54,998 nucleotides of DNA from a virus (Duplodnaviria > Caudoviricetes), in the IMG/VR virus record IMGVR_UViG_3300030376_004186, positions 1-54,998 of that record. One strand, 5' to 3'. A program made the translations under genes and the position numbers. Every line of letters starts with the position of its first letter. Within the stretch, counting starts at the first letter, position 1. The notes beneath the pieces were generated by a model. That model was not told the DNA's origin. It searched no databases and saw only the letters and a list, made by a program, of their open reading frames with translations. Shown piece after piece: positions 18,382 through 27,100 of this stretch.

Positions 18382-19880
18382 ACATCCATATACATATGGT
18401 AAACAACTTCCGTCATCCGTATTAGCGCTAGGTGAATAATTCCACCTACACAGCTACCATCGTCTGTGTTTGCTAGTGGATTGTAATTTATAGCTATTGA
18501 GCTCATACATCCATAAACAATAGCAACACAAGTATCAGGTGTGTTAGCGTTAGGATTATAGTTGAAAGCTAAAGGTTGCATACACCCTAAAACCACAGGA
18601 ACACAACCACCGTTATCTACGTTAGCTGTGCTATCATAATTAAAAGCTGTACTATTAGTGCAACCAAACACAGCTAGATCATTGCAACTACCATTATCAA
18701 CATCCGCTACATATCCTTGAGTGTAATATTCTAAATAACCAGGGTTGGTACAACCAGGATTATAATAACACGTATCGCTAGTATTTGCTAAAACATCGTA
18801 GTTATAAGCTGTCACGTCCATACATCCCATGACTACCGGTATACATTCGTTACCACAATAAGGCTGTGCTTCATATATATCTAAAGCGCTTTTATAATTT
18901 CTTAATTTATTTTCATTTGGACCAGGCCAAGGATTGTTACCTTCGTATATTATAGTTCCAAAATAATTTTCTACTTTAAAAGAGTTTTGTATCGTTTGTA
19001 TATCTAACTGCTGCGCATTCTGTTGAGGTGTAGGTATTTCAAAGTAATAAAAATATACCTCGTCATTAGAATTAAGAACTAATTCAAATGTGTCAGAATA
19101 AACACCGTTTTGATCTATTCTAAATTGCCATAAAGAATCTCCTTGCTCAACACCTAACCAACAAGCTCCCCAAGAATCTCCTCCATTGTCATATAATATT
19201 AAATCATAAGTACAAGGTGAGGTTAATAACATTTTATCAGCATTAGGATCGTAATTAAACGCCGCTGGATCCGTACAACCATAAGTAGCTAATGTCACAC
19301 AACTTCCATCATCATCTGTAGCTAAAGAATCATATTCTAAATAACTAGGATTAGTACATCCATATATAATAGTATCATTATTACAACTATCAGATACATA
19401 AGGATTTGATGACGCTGTAGATCCAAAGTTTGGTGGATTTAAAAGAAATACAGTGTCTTTACAATCTAAGTTTGTTACTAAGCAACTTCCAACTACAGAT
19501 CCTCCACCAATACCATCTCCATAGGTATCGTTGATAGTAAATATTATTGTGTCTCCAATAGGTACACAAACTTGCGTGTGTATTGTTTGTCCTGTTTGTG
19601 TATAATCATAAGTTCCAGAAGAAACAGAGTATATTATAGTTCCATTAGCTAAGACTTCCCAAGAAGTTTCGCTAGGCCAGTTATCTAATTTTATAGCAAC
19701 ATCTAATAGTGATTGCCCAGGATTACAAACTACATTTTGCACACAACTACCATCATCAACGTTTGCCCATGGGTTGTAATTAGTAGCGTTAGGATCAATA
19801 CAACCAAAATAATAAATACACGAACCATCGTCATGTGTTGCTGTAGAATCATAATTAGACGATACAGTATCTGTACAACC
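17870..19880 (-). repeat. About 17 degenerate copies of a ~26-aa GC(T/M)D...NY...AN.DDGSC repeat
   Basis: Read directly in the translations of both ORFs. Confidence 0.85.
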
Positions 19881-20432
19881 GAATACAACTGTAAATGGGT
19901 CACCTACATATAAATCATCTATACATATATCACTATAGTACAAACTACCTGTTGTAGCTGTAAATACTATTTTAAAAGAATCTATGGCGGTTATAGGGTA
20001 ATAAGCAAGTTTCCATTGGTCTCCTTGATCACCAGATATAACGCCTAGTGTTGTATACCCATTAGCGTCTATATAGCCAGCTTCCAAATCTCCCATAGTT
20101 GACCCATACATATGGTACCAGAAAGATAATACCTTACCTGGTGTTTGCGATATATCAAAAGTAGGTGTGTATGTTATAAACGTTTGACCTGGATAACCTA
20201 CCCCACTAGTAGAAGCTTCTGCATAATAATATATTCCGTTACCTGTTGTGTGGTCTCCTTGTGGACCCGTTAATTGAGAACTTGTTGGCCCTTGCATTAA
20301 CCACCAATCTCTATCATTAGTCGTATCTTGTTCTAACTCTAAAGTGTTTTCAAAATCATAAACCCAAGGAAAAGTATTTATTTGACTAAAACTAAATATT
20401 GGTAATAATAATAATAATAATATATTTTTCAT
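18321..20432 (-). CDS. N-terminal part of a secreted MAM-domain / Cys-repeat protein (frameshifts at about 18444)
   Basis: Signal peptide 'MKNILLLLLLPIFSFS|Q'; MAM motifs 'TGPQGDHTTGNG.YYYAEAS', 'LSFWYHMYG', 'DICIDD'; the last ~40 aa are out of frame. Confidence 0.75.
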   Translation of the reverse strand: MKNILLLLLLPIFSFSQINTFPWVYDFENTLELEQDTTNDRDWWLMQGPTSSQLTGPQGDHTTGNGIYYYAEASTSGVGYPGQTFITYTPTFDISQTPGKVLSFWYHMYGSTMGDLEAGYIDANGYTTLGVISGDQGDQWKLAYYPITAIDSFKIVFTATTGSLYYSDICIDDLYVGDPFTVVFGCTDTVSSNYDSTATHDDGSCIYYFGCIDPNATNYNPWANVDDGSCVQNVVCNPGQSLLDVAIKLDNWPSETSWEVLANGTIIYSVSSGTYDYTQTGQTIHTQVCVPIGDTIIFTINDTYGDGIGGGSVVGSCLVTNLDCKDTVFLLNPPNFGSTASSNPYVSDSCNNDTIIYGCTNPSYLEYDSLATDDDGSCVTLATYGCTDPAAFNYDPNADKMLLTSPCTYDLILYDNGGDSWGACWLGVEQGDSLWQFRIDQNGVYSDTFELVLNSNDEVYFYYFEIPTPQQNAQQLDIQTIQNSFKVENYFGTIIYEGNNPWPGPNENKLRNYKSALDIYEAQPYCGNECIPVVMGCMDVTAYNYDVLANTSDTCYYNPGCTNPGYLEYYTQGYVADVDNGSCNDLAVFGCTNSTAFNYDSTANVDNGGCVPVVLGCMQPLAFNYNPNANTPDTCVAIVYGCMSSIAINYNPLANTDDGSCVGGIIHLALIRMTEVVYHMYMDVWIQQCLIIIQTQTQITGRV

Positions 20433-20433
20433 T

Positions 20434-20760
20434 TTAAAAATCACTCATTAATTGTTCGTCTATTTCTTCTTGTACTTCTTCTCTTGTCGCTACCATTTTA
20501 AAACTTAAATCGGCTTGAAATCTAGCTACCTCTTCGTTGTCTTTAAATATTATAATAGTAGGTATAACCGCTATTTTATGTTTCTTTTGCAACTCTGTGT
20601 TTTTACCTATATCTACATACCCCTTAGTGTTACAGTCTTTTAAATCCATAATCCAATCAACGCCATTGCTTTCGTTCCACTCAGCGTTAAAATGCGTGAC
20701 TGTTATTTGACTAAAAGACAAATTAGTCAACAAAGCAAATAATAATATTAATTTTTTCAT
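20434..20760 (-). CDS. Exported thioredoxin-fold protein lacking CxxC
   Basis: Signal peptide; 'VTHFNAEWNESN' at the WCxxC position; 'KIAVIPTIIIFKDNEEVARF' cis-Pro motif. Confidence 0.7.
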   Translation of the reverse strand: MKKLILLFALLTNLSFSQITVTHFNAEWNESNGVDWIMDLKDCNTKGYVDIGKNTELQKKHKIAVIPTIIIFKDNEEVARFQADLSFKMVATREEVQEEIDEQLMSDF

Positions 20761-21080
20761 CTATTATAGATTTTATCTTCAATTTTTTCTAGAGTTTCTT
20801 TCATTTCCTCTATATCTGATTGAGTTGTCATTATTGTTTGTCTAATCATCTGATCTTTCATGTCAAACTCCATTCTAGTTATTTCAGCTTCAGGGATTTC
20901 TTTTAATATTTCTTCTTTGAGAATATTAACATCCACTTGTACCGGTTGTTCTTTAGCCTCTTGTATTTCAGCCATCAACGAATACCACCCCGCTATTAAA
21001 GTAGCAATACCAAAACCTAGAGCTATCATAGTTTTGACACTCATTTTAAAAGTTGTATCCTCGTTTAATTCTTTTGCCAT
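20757..21080 (-). CDS. Single-TM, coiled-coil membrane protein
   Basis: Hydrophobic 'MIALGFGIATLIAGWYSLM' followed by a heptad-rich acidic C-terminus. Confidence 0.65.
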   Translation of the reverse strand: MAKELNEDTTFKMSVKTMIALGFGIATLIAGWYSLMAEIQEAKEQPVQVDVNILKEEILKEIPEAEITRMEFDMKDQMIRQTIMTTQSDIEEMKETLEKIEDKIYNR

Positions 21081-21096
21081 TTATACACTTATTTTT

Positions 21097-21111
21097 TATA
21101 TATAATTACGT
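21097..21111 (-). promoter_or_regulatory. Putative phage late promoter, copy 1 (ACGTAATTATATATA)
   Basis: Matches 31550-31564 (consensus RYGTAAYTATAWATA, preceded by an A-tract); 16 nt from the ATG in both copies. Confidence 0.55.
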
Positions 21112-21125
21112 ATTTTTTGCTTTAT

Positions 21126-24100
21126 TTAATCGTGATAGTAACAATACCCACTTTTAGAGTTTGTTTGCATCTTACATCTTTCTTTATTAGACTTTATCTT
21201 TTTACACTGTTTTTTCTTTCCGTCTTTTCTTTTTTCTACTTTAGTGTGTATTGTACAATAACTACTTCCAGGTTCTACTTCTTTTTTACATCTATTACCA
21301 CTTCCACTTATAGCTGAACAAATCCCATCTTTTTTACTTTTCTTTTTGTTTTCTTTTTCTTTTTCTAAATTTTCTTTTTCTTTTTCTTCTTTTTTAATTT
21401 TATCTTTAGTTTTCTTTTTTATTTTTTTCTCTTTTTTAATTTTTTCTCTAACTTCTTCTACTTCTTTGTCTTCAATACCAACATCCCACTTGTTCCAACC
21501 TAAAGATAAAGCTATTCTTTGCCACCATGCGTTTTCAGAATCTGCAGCACCTCGTAAATTTTGTATTTTTCTATGTAGTCTATTTAAAGGTATATTAGTA
21601 ATTGCCTCTGTGCTATTTGTAACAGCATCCCATAATGGATTATCAATATCAAAAATTTCCATTTCTTTCATGACATCTTTATTCCAATCGGTAGTTCGTT
21701 CCGCACTAACTAATTTTCTAATTTTAATACTTATAGGTGGTGATATCTGTAACAACTCAGGCCAAGCTGGAGATTTAAACCACGAATCACTTTTTTGATT
21801 TTCAACAAACTTTATAACAGTGTTTTTTAAAGTAGATACAACAGCTCCATACACTCCAGTTCCTCTTAATATAGAATCTAAAGTACCGTTAATTACTCTA
21901 TCTCTTTTCTTTTCAAAAAATTCTTCGTCTTGCTCGTCATCATCAAACATCATAGCAAATAAAGCTGTTTGTAGTCCGTAAAATACTATACTTTGAACAA
22001 CTCCATAGTAAATTATTCTAGAAACGTTAGCAGTATCACTTTGTGCTTGAGAAGTATAACCTTTTGATATTCTTCTATTTTTTAAATCAAGCGCTGATTT
22101 TTTCATTATTCTAACGTACTGAGAAGTAACGTTTTGAAAAGCTAATATAAATCTACCTAAAACAGAGGCTTGTTGTTGAGATATCATATCAGGTCTAGCT
22201 GATTGCTGTGTAGCTTCTGCTATTTCTTGAAAATCTATAAAAGCTTTAGCTTCAGCTTCTTTCTTACTTAATCCTTGTTTTAAATATGTGTTAATTCTAT
22301 TTCTTAAAAAACTAGCTCCACCAATTGCGATTGCAAAACTATCACCCATTTGGGTAGGTAAAAAACCTATATTCAATAAGTATCTTATAGCGGCTCTAAC
22401 AGGTTCTTTAGATCCAGAAACTTCTCTAGCTATTTCGTTTGCATTAACATCAAATCCAGCTCCAGTTCTTCTTTGTTTTAAATAATCAGAATTAAATATC
22501 ATTGCAAAGTCTGACCAAAATTGTTTTTGATTAGCAAATCTAGCTGCTGCTTTAAATATATTGTTATCTGCAAAATTCATGAAGTTAACAAAAGAAAGTT
22601 GCTGTAGTATTGCAGATCTAGCGTTAAAGAACATTGTTGCTCCAACAGAACCGTTGATCCAGTCTATCCAAGCATTGACAATTTTGTTCTTACCAGTTGG
22701 TCTATTAGTGCCCTTGGTAACGCTATAAAGCATATCTTTCAAGGCACTTTTAAAGTCCGCTCCGTATATAGCTTCTATTTTATTTAAGTTTTTCTCAGAA
22801 AATATAATTTCAGAGTTTTCTATAAATTCTTGGAAAAATTTAGCTCTACCAATTCTACCTGTAGCGTCTATTAAATCGTATTTTATACCACCTGCATCCC
22901 AATTATCACTAGGTTGTACGTAACCTTTTTCGTCTTTAGATATTCTACCTAGTTTATCTGCAAATTCTTGCATTTCAGGATCAGACTTTACAACTTCTAC
23001 TAAGTTTTTTTGATCTGTTTTTGATATACCTGGAATTTTAAGTCCAAATTTATCCCACAAATAAACTCTTATTGCGTCTTCATTAGTAAAATCACCGTCA
23101 GGTATTTTCTTACCCAACTTCTTACGAACATCAGGCATTGATTTTATTAAAGCTCTATAATCATTTGCTATAGCTTGTTTAGCTGCGTTTAATTCTCTAT
23201 AAGCTCTATTTAAAGGTCTTACTAAAGCTTGTTCAAAAAAGTTTCTATGTTGATTACCTTTTTCACCCCTCCCCATAAAGTTATAAAGTAATCCTATAAA
23301 ATCTTCGTGTGATGGTGGTACAAAAAATCTAAACTTACCCTTACCTTTACCACGTCTTCTAGCTTTAGCTTCAGAAAATCTTTTGTTAGATTCAATACCA
23401 GATACATCTTCTAACACATCGTTAAATTCTTTGTCCATAGACTTACTGAACTTAACTCTAGCTTGTTGCACTTTAGACTTAACATCTATCTGATCTAACA
23501 TGTTTTGTACAGCTTGTACGTTTTGTATTGCATCATCAGCAAAGTAAAAGTCATTATAACCTTCTGCTGCCTTATCTAATACCCATAACGCTTTAGCTTC
23601 CGATGTAGAATTACCTAGTCCAGTAATATTTTCTAATGGTATATTTAAACCATTTTCTTTTAAGAACTTTTGTATTGCAACTGCAGACTCAGCTGGTCTA
23701 GCGGTTAGAATAAACATATTTTTAGTACCAAACTTACTTGCTAACTTTTTAGCTTTATTTAACAATGGCGCTGGTTTACCATCTACAACTTTATTAAATT
23801 CAGAGAAGTCAAACTTATAATCTAATCCTAACAAATCTTGGTATGTACTAGCGTACTGCTCTGGTGTTAAAGTTCCTTCAGTTCCATCTGGTCTAGTAAA
23901 TCTAATTAAAGAACTACTTGTAGCAAGTGTATCATCAAAATCTAATATACTAATACCTTTTGTAGGATTGTTAGTAGATCTAGAAAACTTAGCAACAGTA
24001 TCTATTGTGCTAAGATCTTTAATTCTATTTCTTAAATTATCAGTTAAAGTAAATATACCTTTAGCCTCTTCTTTAATTAAAATATCTAATATATTATCAT

Positions 24101-27100
24101 ACCTATTTATACCACCTTTACTTTTATAGCCTCTTTCAGTAATTTGATTGTCAATATTTTTTGGTAAAACATGAACAAAAGATTTGTTAAACATATTTTC
24201 AACATTTTCTTTAGTCGTGTTTTTATTAATATAATCTATTAAAATATCTACAGTATCGTTAATAGTTATTTCATGTTCTAAGGTTAACTCACTTGATTTT
24301 AAAGTAGAATCTTCATTTAAAGTTATACCAAGTTTAGCTATTTTTCTAATAGCACCTCGTTGGTCATAAGCTATTAGCTGTATCATTGATATTTTCTCAC
24401 CTTTAGTTAAATTAGAATCTAATATTTCAAATACAAAATCTCTAGCTTCTTGAGCTTGTTCGTTTACTTTTTTAACTAAATCAACGTTTTTACGAGCATT
24501 ATTTTTTATATTTTCAATGTTCTCGTATAATTCAACATCTTTAAAAGTTTTACCATCATAACTAAATTGCATTTTAAAACCTTTATCAACTTCTTTTAAT
24601 TTAAAATTGCCATTAAAATTACCTTCTAACAAAGTGTTTAACACGTTGTTTAACAAAAGTTCATTAGTAGTTATATTGAAGACACCAGCTGATCTAGTCG
24701 ATCTAAAAACATTTTTTAGAAATTTATTTATTTCATCAATTTGTTTGTTTTTACCGCTTATTTTAGAGATAGTGTTATTAAGATAATTAACAAACCCTTC
24801 GTGAGCCATCTCTCTTATTTCTGGCATATTAGTGTCTTTAACATCTTTTATTATAGTGTCAATATCTAATATATCTGTAAAATTTATTTCAGCTAACTTA
24901 GTATCTCTTAATTCTACTTCTAAATCAAAAATATATTCTAGTTCTTGTAATATAGTTTTAGTATACTCGTCTTTTTCTATTTTAATTTTTTTATCTAAAA
25001 CTGTAAGAAATTTTCTTTTAGCTTGTCTATCTGTTAAAACATTAGAAAGTTTAATAGTATTTTTTAAAACATTGTACTCTTTTGTAGATCTACTAAATTT
25101 AACATCAACATCTCTACCTATAGCAGCGGATAATTGTTGTATATCGTCTATCGCTAAAGTCTGTCCTTTTATTTCTGCAATATCTTTTCTTAATTCGTTA
25201 ACTTTAGGATCTTTAGCAACTTCCATTGTAGCATCAAAAGATAAAGAACCTGCCATAGCTTTTGCTAAAGCATCTTTTCTAGTTCCTTTTAATCCAGATC
25301 TAACGCCTGTTTTAGGGTTTATAGCTGGTTGATTAAAAAAAGCTACAAATTGTTTTTCTGTAGGTATTATTTTTCTATAAAGTCTTACTGCGTTTCCCTT
25401 ATCTATAACATTTATAGCTTCTTTTGGTAATAAATTTTGTTCAACAGCTGACTCTACATCTGCTTTAGATGTTAGTTCTCTATCAAAAACCGTAAATACT
25501 CTTTCGTTTTCTGGAACCATTTTTTCTAATTGCACTAAATCAGCAGTAAAAATAGCATCTACTATAAATGTTCTATATTTTTTTAAATTATTAATATATT
25601 CTTTAGTACCTAAAAAGTTTTTAATATCTTTAAATAAATAAACAGAAGCTTCGTCTCTTAATTTTCTTTGTATATTTCTTACTGAAGTACCTACTTCATA
25701 AGCCCTTAATAAAGATTTTTTAGCGGTACTTAAAACTTTATTGTATAAATCACTACCTGTTTTTATACCTAGTTGTTGTCTAAATTTAGAATACTGCTTT
25801 TCTTTTGATTTGATTTTTTCTTGTCTTGCCTTTGAAGCTTCGGATATAGACATATCTTCTTGTTCCAAAGCTTCTTGCGCAGATTCATCTGTATCTTCTA
25901 TATCAAAAGTTGTTTCACCTTCTTTAGTCTTTTTAGCAGCGTCTATTCTTTTTGTTTTACCTTCTCTTTTTGCTTCTATTGCCAACTTTTTAGCGGCAAC
26001 TAACTTACCAAACCCAATATTAGCCATTAAAAACTCCCCAACAGTTATTGGTTCACCAGAATCTGTTTTTCTTTTAGCGGCTGGATCGTAATTAATTAAC
26101 CTATCATAAACAGCTTCAATAGTTTCTTGAAACTTTTCTTTACTTAATCCTAAACTTTTAACATAATTATTTATTGCCCCATCTTCTTTTACAATAGAAT
26201 TAAATACATTGTCAAACGGCGAAGGTAAAATTTTAGATTTTCCATCAGCGCCCACTACTTTTTCTTTTGCTCTAAACTCAGCTTGTGTTTTTGCTCCCTT
26301 CTCCATTTTGTTGACAGCGGCTACGGCCTTTGATATAGACATTTTAGCTTCAGCGGTAGTAACTTCTTCACTTGTAACCTCACCTTCAGCAACATCAACT
26401 GCTCTTTGACTAAGTTTACCAGCTTGTATACTTTTTTGGTAATCTTTCATAAAGTTGTAAGTAGCTATACCACTTTCAAATTCTTTATTATATCCAAAAG
26501 CTCTAAATACATTGTGTAGGGTGTTTCTAAGTTGTGTAAAAATACCTTCGTTAAAAGTTAAATCACCTTTTGTTAAACCATCGGAATATATAGTTAACCA
26601 CTCGTCAGTAGTATTTATATCTAACCCCTCACCGTCTTTACCTTCGTTTCTACGATTTATTTCAGCTTCTATATAATTTCTAGATTTTTTAGATATAGTA
26701 TTTTTAAAATCGTTTATAAATTTCTTTTTAACATCTGTATCAAGGTTACTTAAGTGCTTAGTTAATATACCATGTAGTATTTCATGTCCACCAACGTTAA
26801 TTTGACCTGTTTTACCTGCAATGTCTTTATTTATAACTATAGAATCTCCAATAATAAAACCATCAGCACCTTTAACGTTTTTAGCCTTACCTCCTTTTTC
26901 AGCTATTATTTTATCATAAGCTTCTTGGGCCTTATTATCGTTATCTACAACAATAACATCTTTACCTATACGTTTACCTTCGGTTTCTGCAAAAGCAATT
27001 GATTCAGATATATTAAATTGTTCTAAACTTTTTTTAGTTTGTTTTTGAAGTTCAACAACATCTACACCTTCATATTTACTAATAATATCATCAATATTTT

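Noticed and set aside
17870-19880. CRISPR array or non-coding repeat array
   Set aside because: The repeats are degenerate at synonymous positions and conserved as protein, so they are coding repeats
20402-20421. (AAT)n tract as a phase-variation switch
   Set aside because: A trinucleotide repeat encoding the poly-Leu signal peptide core; slippage would stay in frame
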